Shown piece after piece: positions 48,946-58,019 of a stretch of DNA of 64,000 nucleotides. The translations under genes were made by a program, and so were the position numbers. The notes below the pieces were generated by a model. The model did no database searches and was not told the DNA's origin. It saw only the letters and a list, made by a program, of their open reading frames with translations. How positions within the stretch are numbered: the stretch's first letter is position 1; every line of letters starts with the position of its first letter. This stretch comes from Candidatus Woykebacteria bacterium (GTDB taxonomy: Bacteria; Patescibacteriota; Microgenomatia; Woykebacterales; RBG-16-39-9b). The DNA lies in NCBI GenBank assembly GCA_040876265.1, contig JBBDPN010000001.1, positions 246,208 through 310,207 on the forward strand, given 5' to 3'.

Positions 48946-49620
48946 TTACTTGGCCCTATCCATGAATCTTTTAACTAGATCAGCAGCTGCATCTTTGCCA
49001 GCCAAACCAAAAGCTAAAGCACCAGCGGCAAGAGCAGCAATTATAAGTAGTCTTACCACTTCGACTGTTACTCCTAAGGCGCTAAGTGACTTCAAACCAG
49101 CGAACACTAGGATAGCTACGTAGGCAACATTAGCAATAATATGGGCCGGATTAGTTCCAACTATCATGCCTACAGATGCTATTACACGATGGATAAACCA
49201 AGCAATGACGAACCCGAAAAGTAGGTACAGTGCTGCGATTATTACGCTAGTTATGTAACCAAAAACTTGCGAAAAAACGACGTCGGCCCCTCCGATCTGA
49301 AGGCTACCAACCGCTGCGACCAAGAAGACAACAATTGCAATCCAGCGCACTGCCTCCCCAATAAGAGTTGTTACGTCAGTGTTTTCATGCGACTTAACCA
49401 CCGCTGAGTAGAAAGGTAGCCCTGATAGAGCTCTTTCTAGGCTGACTGCCTTGGAAACCTCTTCCACTACTCTCTTTAACACCCAACCGACGATAACACC
49501 GACAGCAACGGCGATAATTGCAGCAATTATGTTGGTGAGTGTGGGTACGAAATTATCGAAGAAGTTAGAAACGGAAGACTGGGATAGTTCAATATATTCT
49601 TGAATGGTCAATTTTTTCAC
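48946..49620 (-). CDS. TM-helix-repeat (PF05552-like) membrane protein, paralog B
   Basis: Tandem paralog of 48149..48835, with the same domain organisation (...LGEAVRW..IVVFL... / ...LGELLRWFVILIFL...). Confidence 0.45.
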   Translation of the reverse strand: MKKLTIQEYIELSQSSVSNFFDNFVPTLTNIIAAIIAVAVGVIVGWVLKRVVEEVSKAVSLERALSGLPFYSAVVKSHENTDVTTLIGEAVRWIAIVVFLVAAVGSLQIGGADVVFSQVFGYITSVIIAALYLLFGFVIAWFIHRVIASVGMIVGTNPAHIIANVAYVAILVFAGLKSLSALGVTVEVVRLLIIAALAAGALAFGLAGKDAAADLVKRFMDRAK

Positions 49621-49737
49621 CCCCTTTCATGCAATCTCGGACTTTGTATCTGTCTGCGCACCCGGGGGCAGATAAATTTCACTTTTAGTCTACAAACAAA
49701 ATCTAATATTGTCAAATTTCACAAGAAAAATCAGTCA

Positions 49738-50850
49738 CTACATCTGTTCAACATTTTCCCAGGGGAATATATCCCTGCCAAAGTGTCCATAGGCGGCCGT
49801 TCTTTGGTAAATGGGACTTCTTAGTTTTAAGCTATCTAGTATTCCTGGAACAGATAGGTCTATTAAATCTTTGGCGAATTTTTCGATAGAAGTCAATTTG
49901 GTTTTCTCGGTCCCAAATGTCTCAATTGAAAACGCCACCGGCCGCCTCTGCCCAATCGCATAAGCTATCTGAACCTCTGCTTTATCGGCCAATCCTTGAG
50001 CGACAATGTTTTTCGCAATATATCTAGTTGCATACGCACCGGATCTATCAACTTTGGTTGGGTCTTTTCCGGAAAAACAACCTCCGCCTACACGCGCTTG
50101 ACCACCGTAAGTGTCAACTACAATTTTTCGTCCAGTTACACCGGTATCTGACTGGGGACCTGGTGTTGTCCAGTTTTCACCAGCTCCGTTAATAATTACC
50201 CTACTCTCGGATATCTTATAACCAAACTCATCCAACACAGGCCTAATCAAAAGCCTAAGTAGATCATTTTTTAATTGCCCACGTCCCAATTTTGATGAGG
50301 CAGCCACTGCCATCACTACGTTTTCTACTCTGATGGGACTGCCTTCCTCATAAGAAACTGTTACCTGACTTTTACCATCTGGATAAAGGTAATTTAATTT
50401 TCTGGTTTCTCTTAAGCTATCCAATTTTTCTACCAAAAGGTGGGCGATAGCAATTGGGGCAGGCATCAACTGCTTTGTTTCGTTTGTCGCATAGCCAAAC
50501 ACCATACCTTGATCACCAGCTCCACCTGCTTCGACTCCATGACTTATCTGTGGTGACTGCTCATGAACATATATATCTATAGGGGAATTGCTACCAAAGT
50601 TAAACTCTCCCTTAGTGTAGCCAAGTTTCGATATCGTCGCCTTGGCAATATTTGTGTAATTTAGCTTTGATTTACACGTGACTTCTCCAGCGATAAACAC
50701 CCGATTTTTGGTCACCATTGTTTCTACTGCCACACGTGAGTTTGTATCCTCTCTTAAGGCAGCATCTAGGATGGCGTCGGAAACCTGATCACAAATTTTA
50801 TCGGGGTGGCCGGCAGCGACTGATTCTGAGGTAAAAAGTTTATAATTCAT
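49738..50850 (-). CDS. metK: S-adenosylmethionine synthetase
   Basis: Has GHPDKICDQVSDAILDA, GAGDQG, and DTYGG. Start trimmed to MNYKLF, which carries SD AGGAAA. Confidence 0.9.
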   Translation of the reverse strand: MNYKLFTSESVAAGHPDKICDQVSDAILDAALREDTNSRVAVETMVTKNRVFIAGEVTCKSKLNYTNIAKATISKLGYTKGEFNFGSNSPIDIYVHEQSPQISHGVEAGGAGDQGMVFGYATNETKQLMPAPIAIAHLLVEKLDSLRETRKLNYLYPDGKSQVTVSYEEGSPIRVENVVMAVAASSKLGRGQLKNDLLRLLIRPVLDEFGYKISESRVIINGAGENWTTPGPQSDTGVTGRKIVVDTYGGQARVGGGCFSGKDPTKVDRSGAYATRYIAKNIVAQGLADKAEVQIAYAIGQRRPVAFSIETFGTEKTKLTSIEKFAKDLIDLSVPGILDSLKLRSPIYQRTAAYGHFGRDIFPWENVEQM

Positions 50851-50965
50851 TGGATTTCCTTTTCGTCTCAAAGGACGTATCCCCCACACATGGTGGGATG
50901 GCACCCTACTCCAAAAGGGTTGCCGGTCCGATACCAAATCGGACTCTCCTGATACTTGGGAAGTA
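50851..50965 (-). promoter_or_regulatory. SAM-I (S-box) riboswitch in the metK leader
   Basis: The minus-strand RNA has AAGUAUCAGGAGAG (P1/P2), a UCCGAUUUGGUAUCGGA hairpin (P3), CCGGCAACC, GGUGCCAUCCC, a CCCAC..GUGGG hairpin (P4), and GGAUAC closing P1. A UCCUUU anti-SD can pair with the SD AAAGGA. Confidence 0.55.
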
Positions 50966-51024
50966 TTTTGACAAGCGGGAGCACCCTTGTCAAGGTGAGA
51001 AATATATTGTAAGTTTATCCAGAC

Positions 51025-53061
51025 ATGGAAATCGCTCCGGTTCAAAATCTCGTTATAGCCGCTGGTTTTGCTGCTTTGATTTACGCAGTTATCCTTACAA
51101 TTTTGGTGCTAAGAGAACCCTCTGGAGACAAAATAATGCAGGAAATTGCCCTTGCCATCCAGCAGGGGGCCGCTGCTTATTTGAACAAGCAATACACAAT
51201 TATCTCCTTGGTCGGAATTGTAATTTTCCTACTTCTTTGGTTCGTGTTGGGAAAACCACTCACAGCGGCCGGGTTTGCTACCGGAGCAATATCTAGTGCT
51301 CTTGCTGGCTACATTGGTATGAATGTAGCTGTTCGCGCTAACGTCCGAACTGCCCAGGCTGCAAAACGCGGCGTCGCAAAGGCACTTTCAGTGGCTTTTC
51401 GAGGAGGTGCTGTTACCGGTTTAGCAGTGGTGGGCCTAGCTCTACTTTCAGTTTCAATTTTTTATTTCCTCACTAAAGATCTTCAGGCTCTAGTCGGTTT
51501 AGGCTTTGGTGGTAGTTTGATTTCAGTCTTTGCCCGTCTGGGTGGGGGAATATATACCAAGGGAGCTGACGTAGGAGCTGATTTAGTTGGGAAGTTAGAG
51601 GCTGAAATTCCAGAGGATGATCCAAGAAATCCGGCTGTCATTGCCGATAATGTTGGTGACAACGTGGGCGATGACGCTGGTATGGCCGCCGATCTTTTCG
51701 AAACTTACGCCGTGACCGCGATAGCCGCTATGCTTTTGGGGTCTCTAGTTTACCCGGGAAGTGAAAACGTACTTATCTATCCGCTTGCTCTTGGCGCGGT
51801 CTCAGTTGTTGCTTCAATAATTGGAACCCTCTTTGTTCGAATGGTCGGGAACAGCATTATGGGAGCATTATACCTAGGACTCATTGTTTCGGGTATTTTG
51901 GCAGCTGTTGGCTTTTTCTTTGTAAGTGTACAACTACCCATTCTATTTACAAGCACTGACATCAGTTCAGGACTCCAAATCGTACACTCTGACGGACCAG
52001 ATCTAAGATTTTTCTTTGCCTCTTTAATTGGATTATTTGTAACACTTGGAATGGTAGTCATTACTGAAATTTACACCTCAAAGGGCTTTGGATCTGTAAA
52101 AAATATCGCTAAGGCTTCTGAAACGGGGCACGCCACTAACATTATCTCTGGATTGGCAATTTCAATGAAATCTACTCTTCTACCTATTCTCCTTATCTGT
52201 ACTGCTATTTTAATCTCCTTCAATTTGGCTGGACTCTACGGAATTGCCGTAGCTGCAATGAGCATGTTGTCGATGACTGGAATAATTGTGGCGATTGACG
52301 CTTTTGGCCCTATAACTGATAACGCTGGTGGAATTGCAGAAATGAGTGGTTTAGATGCAAATACCAGGAAAGTCACCGACGCCTTGGATTCGGTAGGTAA
52401 CACGACAAAAGCAGTTACCAAGTCTTACGCGATTGCATCGGCTGGGTTGGCAGCCTTGGTTTTATTTGCTTCCTACTCAGAGGAGTTGGCTGCCGCTGGA
52501 AAGAACTTAGCTTTCAAACTTGACGATCCAAGAGTAATTGTGGGTTTATTCATCGGTGCGGCCCTACCTTACATTTTTGGAGCCTTGGCTATGGAAGCAG
52601 TTGGTAAAGCAGCTGCTGCCGTAGTAGAAGAGGTGAGAAGGCAATTTAGACAAATAAAAGGGATAATGAGCGGCGAGTCAAAACCTGATTATGCGAAGGC
52701 GGTTGCTATCGTTACTGCTGCGGCTCAAAGGGAGATGATACTACCAGCTCTTATCCCAGTAATTTCCCCGATCGTAGTTGGCCTATGGCTCGGTCCAGAG
52801 GCGCTAGGTGGTTTACTGGTGGGAAGCATCGTCACTGGCCTTTTTGTGGCTATTTCCATGACCACCGGAGGTGCCGCCTGGGATAACGCTAAAAAGTATA
52901 TCGAGGAAGGAAATCTGGGAGGGAAAGGAAGCCCCGCCCACAAAGCGGCTGTAACTGGCGACACGGTTGGAGATCCCTATAAGGATACAGCAGGACCCGC
53001 AATTAATCCTATGATTAAGGTAATAAATATTGTTGCTCTTTTACTAGTACCTTTCCTTTAA
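51025..53061 (+). CDS. hppA: Membrane-bound proton/sodium-translocating pyrophosphatase
   Basis: About 16 TM helices, with DNVGDNVGD and GGxxKG motifs. Confidence 0.95.
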   Translation: MEIAPVQNLVIAAGFAALIYAVILTILVLREPSGDKIMQEIALAIQQGAAAYLNKQYTIISLVGIVIFLLLWFVLGKPLTAAGFATGAISSALAGYIGMNVAVRANVRTAQAAKRGVAKALSVAFRGGAVTGLAVVGLALLSVSIFYFLTKDLQALVGLGFGGSLISVFARLGGGIYTKGADVGADLVGKLEAEIPEDDPRNPAVIADNVGDNVGDDAGMAADLFETYAVTAIAAMLLGSLVYPGSENVLIYPLALGAVSVVASIIGTLFVRMVGNSIMGALYLGLIVSGILAAVGFFFVSVQLPILFTSTDISSGLQIVHSDGPDLRFFFASLIGLFVTLGMVVITEIYTSKGFGSVKNIAKASETGHATNIISGLAISMKSTLLPILLICTAILISFNLAGLYGIAVAAMSMLSMTGIIVAIDAFGPITDNAGGIAEMSGLDANTRKVTDALDSVGNTTKAVTKSYAIASAGLAALVLFASYSEELAAAGKNLAFKLDDPRVIVGLFIGAALPYIFGALAMEAVGKAAAAVVEEVRRQFRQIKGIMSGESKPDYAKAVAIVTAAAQREMILPALIPVISPIVVGLWLGPEALGGLLVGSIVTGLFVAISMTTGGAAWDNAKKYIEEGNLGGKGSPAHKAAVTGDTVGDPYKDTAGPAINPMIKVINIVALLLVPFL

Positions 53062-53597
53062 CCACTTGACAGAAATTTCCTGTAAGCTTTCTCCAAAGCC
53101 TCTTGCTCACTAGTATTTCTCGTGTCCATTACCAAGTGAAAGTATTTGGGATTTTCGTAATTGTCGCTGCTGTAAAGTTTTTTAAATTTGTCCCTAAGTT
53201 GCTTTCTCCTCTCCTCAATTTCTTCTGGAGTTTCTTTGTGAGTGTGTTGCCTTTCTAAAATACGTTTAGTAGCGGTGTCCTTATCGCAAACCAGAAGAAT
53301 TCGAAATACACCCGGTAGATCTCTCCCAAACCAACCACCATAGTGGCTGTCAAATACGATATTTTTTTCTACTCTCATTTTTTCGTAGGATTCTTGATCT
53401 ACTTTTTTATCCAAGTCATCAGGTATCCCTGACTTATTCCAAAGCGGGATATTGTGTTTTCGGTGGTACTCTCTGAATATTTGGCCAGCGCTAACATGTC
53501 CCCAACCAAGCTTTTTTGCCAACCCTTCTGAAAGGGTGGTGGTACCGGTTCCTACGTCACCACAAACCACTATATTTTTGAATTCTCCGGTGCTCAT
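53058..53597 (-). CDS. P-loop kinase, cytidylate-kinase-like family
   Basis: Walker [11 protein letters not shown], with an AAA/CMP-kinase-like arrangement. Confidence 0.45.
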   Translation of the reverse strand: MSTGEFKNIVVCGDVGTGTTTLSEGLAKKLGWGHVSAGQIFREYHRKHNIPLWNKSGIPDDLDKKVDQESYEKMRVEKNIVFDSHYGGWFGRDLPGVFRILLVCDKDTATKRILERQHTHKETPEEIEERRKQLRDKFKKLYSSDNYENPKYFHLVMDTRNTSEQEALEKAYRKFLSSG

Positions 53598-53815
53598 CTT
53601 TTGAAAATAAAATCCAGTAAAAATGTCAGGATGATCGAGATTATAATTGAGCTAGTAAACGGAAAGGCAAAAATAAAGCCGGGTTTATGAATTATTATAT
53701 CACCAGGTAGCTTTGGCCACTTCAAACCCAAAGCTATAGCGGTACCCAGAAGGCTGAACATTATAACTGCTGTAAGAGAAAGTCTTCCCAGGTCCATATA
53801 AAAATTATACCTCAT
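53594..53815 (-). CDS. DUF2905-like small membrane protein
   Basis: Two TM helices around LPGDIIIHKPGFIFAFPFTSSI. Confidence 0.4.
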   Translation of the reverse strand: MRYNFYMDLGRLSLTAVIMFSLLGTAIALGLKWPKLPGDIIIHKPGFIFAFPFTSSIIISIILTFLLDFIFKR

Positions 53816-53864
53816 GGAATTAACATGATGGAGATAGTAGTTGGCCCACGGCAGAAAGAGCCAA

Positions 53865-54518
53865 CTACCAAAGGTCAGTCCTCTCCTCTTCTCTCCTGGC
53901 CATACGTTTGACGTTGTCTTTGTGCATGATCACTATGTAAGCGCTTGCCAAGAGTGCAGCCAGACCATACCACCAAGAAATTTTCCGGCGGGCAGCCAAG
54001 CGTACCGCGTAGTAGCCGCCGACAATGGATCCAGTGATAGAACCCAGGGACACAATCCGGCTCGAGGCGATTACACCGGTAAACACTCCGACTGCCAGCT
54101 GGATGATATCCCAGAGTCTTCTTTCCCGGTGGGCGGCTGCGAAGAACGTCCCCGCCGTGGTCGAGACTGCTTTCCCACCTTGGAACTTCAGGAAAATCGG
54201 TTTTGTATGTCCAAGGGTTGCGGCGCCTCCAACAAGAAGATGCAACCGGTGATCATTAGGACGAAGCTTTATGGCTACTCGGACCGGTATGTATGCTTTG
54301 GCAACGTCGCAACCGGCCGCAACGATAGCCCAGAAAAGGGCCCGACGAGTACCTAACTTGTACCGTAGCACCCGGAATACGTTTGTACCACCGGTTGCGC
54401 CACTTCCATTCTCTCGAAGATCAGTGCTAGTTAGGATCTTGGTTATGATCCACCCAAAGGGGATGGAACCAAGAAGATATGCACTGGCCAGAAGCATAAT
54501 TCGACCCACTCGAACCAC
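53865..54518 (-). CDS. plsY: Glycerol-3-phosphate acyltransferase PlsY
   Basis: Has GSIPFGW..., GSGATGGTN, and H..KPIFLKFQGGKAVST. About 54% GC, well above the local background. Confidence 0.8.
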   Translation of the reverse strand: MVRVGRIMLLASAYLLGSIPFGWIITKILTSTDLRENGSGATGGTNVFRVLRYKLGTRRALFWAIVAAGCDVAKAYIPVRVAIKLRPNDHRLHLLVGGAATLGHTKPIFLKFQGGKAVSTTAGTFFAAAHRERRLWDIIQLAVGVFTGVIASSRIVSLGSITGSIVGGYYAVRLAARRKISWWYGLAALLASAYIVIMHKDNVKRMARREEERTDLW

Positions 54519-54558
54519 TCCCCTTTCCGTTGAGATTTGCGGTATTGTATGCTAAAAT

Positions 54559-54609
54559 AGGTTGCTTTGCAACCTGCGTTAAGAAACAAACCTAAGGTTG
54601 CTTTGCAAT
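54559..54609. repeat. Duplicated hairpin element (AGGTTGC-TTT-GCAACCT, then a partial copy)
   Basis: Perfect 7-bp-stem hairpin at 54559-54575. The unit aggttgctttgcaa repeats at 54595-54608. Confidence 0.4.
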
Positions 54610-54654
54610 TTGAATCTTCGTATCTTTAGAACTTTGAATTTTGAACTTAAACTC

Positions 54655-54731
54655 GGCCCCGTCGTCTAGTGGCCTAGGATACCTGGTTTTCATCCAGGAG
54701 ATCGCGGGTTCGAATCCCGCCGGGGTCACCA
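54655..54731 (+). tRNA. tRNA-Glu (anticodon UUC), CCA encoded
   Basis: GGCCCCGTCGTCTAGTGGCCTAGGATACCTGGTTTTCATCCAGG...GGTTCGAATCC..GGGGTCACCA. Confidence 0.8.
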
Positions 54732-54734
54732 ATA

Positions 54735-54765
54735 CGAACACCTTGAGGTGTTCGGGGTGCTTAAA
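54735..54765 (+). terminator. Putative terminator after tRNA-Glu
   Basis: CGAACACC-TTGA-GGTGTTCG hairpin followed by a weak U-tract. Confidence 0.3.
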
Positions 54766-54913
54766 TTAGCCTCAACGGTCTTGCAGTATCTCACTTTTCT
54801 AATCCCAATGTTCGAACCAAAATCGGCCACTTTGCTTCCTTTCCAGCTTCAAATCTGCTAAAATGGACAGGCTTTATCTTGCCTGAACGACATAAAATTT
54901 CTTACTAGTTAAT

Positions 54914-57900
54914 ATGAAAGAGTTCTTAGAGAACTATATAAAATCAATTTCAACTAAATTTTCCCACGAGGAAACCAGTGAAATGGGTTACCGTTCAGAC
55001 TTTGAGACCCTACTCAAAAAGATATTTGAATCTATTAATGTTAAGCGGATAGATCACGACGCACGGGCCAGGGAAGGCAATAAACCTGATTTTATTGTTA
55101 TCAAGGGAGAGGTGCCTATCTTATATATTGAAGCAAAAAATATCGGTACTTCTCTAGACCAAGTGGAAAAATCAGAGCAGATGGCCCGATACTTTGGTTA
55201 TGCCAATCTGGTGCTTACGGATTATGTGGAGTTTCGCTTTTATAGAAACGGTATCCGCTATGGCGAACCGGTAAAAATTGCTAATTACGATGTAAAAGGC
55301 AGAACAATTATCCCTTTACCAAAAAATTACGAATATCTTGCTAGGACACTACTAGATTTTACTCAAACACATAAGGAGCCTATAAAATCCGGTGAACATC
55401 TTTCCAAAATAATGGGTGGTAAAGCGCAAAGAATCCGCGATAATGTCCGCCAGTTCTTAGCGACAGAATCGGATAAAAACGCGGAACTTACTCGAGTTTA
55501 CGAAACTATCAAAAAGCTTCTTGTGCATGATCTAACCAAAGAATCGTTTGCCGATATGTACGCTCAAACCCTCGTTTATGGACTTTTTGCCGCCCGCTAT
55601 CACGATAAAGAGCCGGAGACTTTTTCTCGCCAGGAAGCGCGAGATCTCATTCCAAATTCTAACCCACTTCTTAGACATTTCTTTGATCACATAGTAGGTC
55701 CCAACTTTGATAAACGACTCGAACACATCGTTAACGAACTTTGCGAAGTCTTTTCCCACGCTGATGTAAACCAGCTAATGCAGGAATACTTTAAAAATGG
55801 GTCTAAAGAAAAAACCCAAAAAGGCGTAGACCCTGTTATTCACTTTTACGAAGATTTCCTAAAAGAATATAATCCTGCACTACGGAAAAGAATGGGAGCC
55901 TACTATACACCGCTTCCGGTGGTACAGTTTATAGTACGCTCTGTTGATTATTTACTTAAAAAAGAGTTTGATTTGCCTGGTGGTCTTGCTGACACCTCAA
56001 AGACAACCGATGGTCTCCATAAAGTTCAGATACTTGATCCAGCATGTGGCACCGGCACCTTTATCAGCGCAGTCATCGGCACAATTTACGCGGAGCTAAT
56101 AAAGAATGGGCAAAAAGGTCGTTGGCCGGCTTATGTCCATCATGATTTATTACCTCGTATATACGGGTTTGAGCTAATGATGGCTCCCTATACGATAGCC
56201 CATCTAAAGCTTGGAATAGCTTTCAGACAAACAAAGTTCTGGGACTTCCACCGGCGTCTTGGGATTTATCTTACAAATTCCCTTGAAGAAACTCCAATCC
56301 AAGAAGATTTATTTACGGCCTTTGGTTTTGCTGAAAGTATTGCTGAGGAGTCGAGAGAAGCTTCAATCATAAAGAACGAAACTCCAATTATGGTAGTTAT
56401 CGGCAATCCTCCATATGCTGGTATAAGTAGCAACGAAACCCCATACGCTAATAGTTTGGTTGAGCGTTACAAGGTTGAACCCGGTGGTCAGCAGAAGTTG
56501 CAAGAGCGTAAGCACTGGCTTAATGATGATTATGTGAAATTTATTGGTATGGCCGAGAGCATGATCGAAAAGACTGGTATTGGTATCGTTGCAATGATTA
56601 CCAACAACGGTTATTTAGATAACCCAACTTTTAGAGGAATGCGTTGGCATATTGCAAAAACATTTGACAAGGTTTTTTTACTGGATTTACATGGTAATTC
56701 AAAGAAAAAGGAAACTGCTCCTGATGGTACTAAGGACGAAAATGTTTTCGATATTATGCAGGGGGTTGGTATTATGCTAGCGGTCAAGATGAGTAGAAAA
56801 AGTCCTGATAAATTAGGAGAAATCTATCATGCTGAACTCTATGGAACACGACAACATAAATTTAAGGAGCTGTCAAAATCGCCGAATTGGGAAAAAATTA
56901 CCCTCGATTCCAAAATGGCCTATTTCGTACCAAAGAATACCAAGGGACAAGGTGAATACGAAAAAGGCATTAGACTTGAAGAATTGTTTTCTGTTAATAG
57001 TGTCGGGATAGTCACAGGTAAGGACAAGATAAACATCGGCTTTAGCAAGAATGAAATTATTGAACGCTTTAGGTTCATTTCAGAAAACGGCGAACAATCA
57101 ATAAGGGATAGATTTCACTTGTCGAGCAAGGACGCTCGGGATTGGACAGTATCTACTGCAAAAAGAGATGCAGAGAATAATTTTTCGGAGAATAAAGTAG
57201 TTAAGTGTTCATACAGACCTTTCGATGACAGATACACCTTTTATTCTGGAAATTCGCGAGGGGTATATGCAAGCCCACAAAGAACGGTAATGCGACATTA
57301 TTTACTAGGCGAAAACTACGGCCTCTTGTTCAGTAGAATGACAAAAGGAAAACCTTTTGCTCACGCATTTATCACTAGTCATATCTCAGAGGTGATTTTT
57401 CTATCCCCACTAACTGGAACCAATGCTTTTAATGCCCCTCTCTATATCTATTCTGAGGATGGTTTACGAACAACTAATCTAAAAAAGGAAGTTGTTTTGG
57501 AGATTGAAAAGATTGTTGGAAAATCTTCCCCGGAGGATATTTTTGACTATGTTTATGCTGTTCTTTACTTACCTAATTATCGTGAGAAGTACCAAGAATT
57601 TCTGAAAATTGATTTTCCGAGAGTTCCGTATCCAAAAGATAAAAAACAATTTCAATCGCTAATTAAACTTGGAAGAGAATTAAGAGCGTTGCATTTACTT
57701 GAATCACCAAAGTTGAATAAATTTATCACCACTTACCCTGAAAGTGGCGATGATGTCGTAGAAAAAGTTGAGTACAAGGATGGTAATGTATTTATCAATG
57801 CAAAACAGTATTTTGGGAAGGTACCGGAGGTAGCTTGGAACTTTTGGATCGGTGGTTATCAGCCAGCCCAAAAATGGCTAAAGGATCGCAAAGGTAGAAC

Positions 57901-57997
57901 CCTCACCAATGAAGATATAGAACATTATCAGAAGATAATAGTTGCACTAACGGAAACAGGTAAGATAATGGGGGAGATAGATAAAGTAGTTCAGTAA
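54914..57997 (+). CDS. Fused Type IIG (MmeI/PglX-like) restriction endonuclease / N6-adenine DNA methyltransferase
   Basis: 1027 aa. N-terminal PD-(D/E)xK-like motif (PDFIVIKG...YIEAK). Gamma-class MTase motif I DPACGTGTF and motif IV NPPY (VIGNPPYAGISS). C-terminal WNFWIGGYQPAQKWLKDRKGR..L...D..HY region, typical of this family. Confidence 0.55.
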   Translation: MKEFLENYIKSISTKFSHEETSEMGYRSDFETLLKKIFESINVKRIDHDARAREGNKPDFIVIKGEVPILYIEAKNIGTSLDQVEKSEQMARYFGYANLVLTDYVEFRFYRNGIRYGEPVKIANYDVKGRTIIPLPKNYEYLARTLLDFTQTHKEPIKSGEHLSKIMGGKAQRIRDNVRQFLATESDKNAELTRVYETIKKLLVHDLTKESFADMYAQTLVYGLFAARYHDKEPETFSRQEARDLIPNSNPLLRHFFDHIVGPNFDKRLEHIVNELCEVFSHADVNQLMQEYFKNGSKEKTQKGVDPVIHFYEDFLKEYNPALRKRMGAYYTPLPVVQFIVRSVDYLLKKEFDLPGGLADTSKTTDGLHKVQILDPACGTGTFISAVIGTIYAELIKNGQKGRWPAYVHHDLLPRIYGFELMMAPYTIAHLKLGIAFRQTKFWDFHRRLGIYLTNSLEETPIQEDLFTAFGFAESIAEESREASIIKNETPIMVVIGNPPYAGISSNETPYANSLVERYKVEPGGQQKLQERKHWLNDDYVKFIGMAESMIEKTGIGIVAMITNNGYLDNPTFRGMRWHIAKTFDKVFLLDLHGNSKKKETAPDGTKDENVFDIMQGVGIMLAVKMSRKSPDKLGEIYHAELYGTRQHKFKELSKSPNWEKITLDSKMAYFVPKNTKGQGEYEKGIRLEELFSVNSVGIVTGKDKINIGFSKNEIIERFRFISENGEQSIRDRFHLSSKDARDWTVSTAKRDAENNFSENKVVKCSYRPFDDRYTFYSGNSRGVYASPQRTVMRHYLLGENYGLLFSRMTKGKPFAHAFITSHISEVIFLSPLTGTNAFNAPLYIYSEDGLRTTNLKKEVVLEIEKIVGKSSPEDIFDYVYAVLYLPNYREKYQEFLKIDFPRVPYPKDKKQFQSLIKLGRELRALHLLESPKLNKFITTYPESGDDVVEKVEYKDGNVFINAKQYFGKVPEVAWNFWIGGYQPAQKWLKDRKGRTLTNEDIEHYQKIIVALTETGKIMGEIDKVVQ

Positions 57998-58019
57998 GAA
58001 AAGTGGTTCCGAAGTAAAT

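Noticed and set aside
53841-54356. 171-aa plus-strand ORF
   Set aside because: It is antisense to the well-supported PlsY gene and arises from that gene's high GC content.
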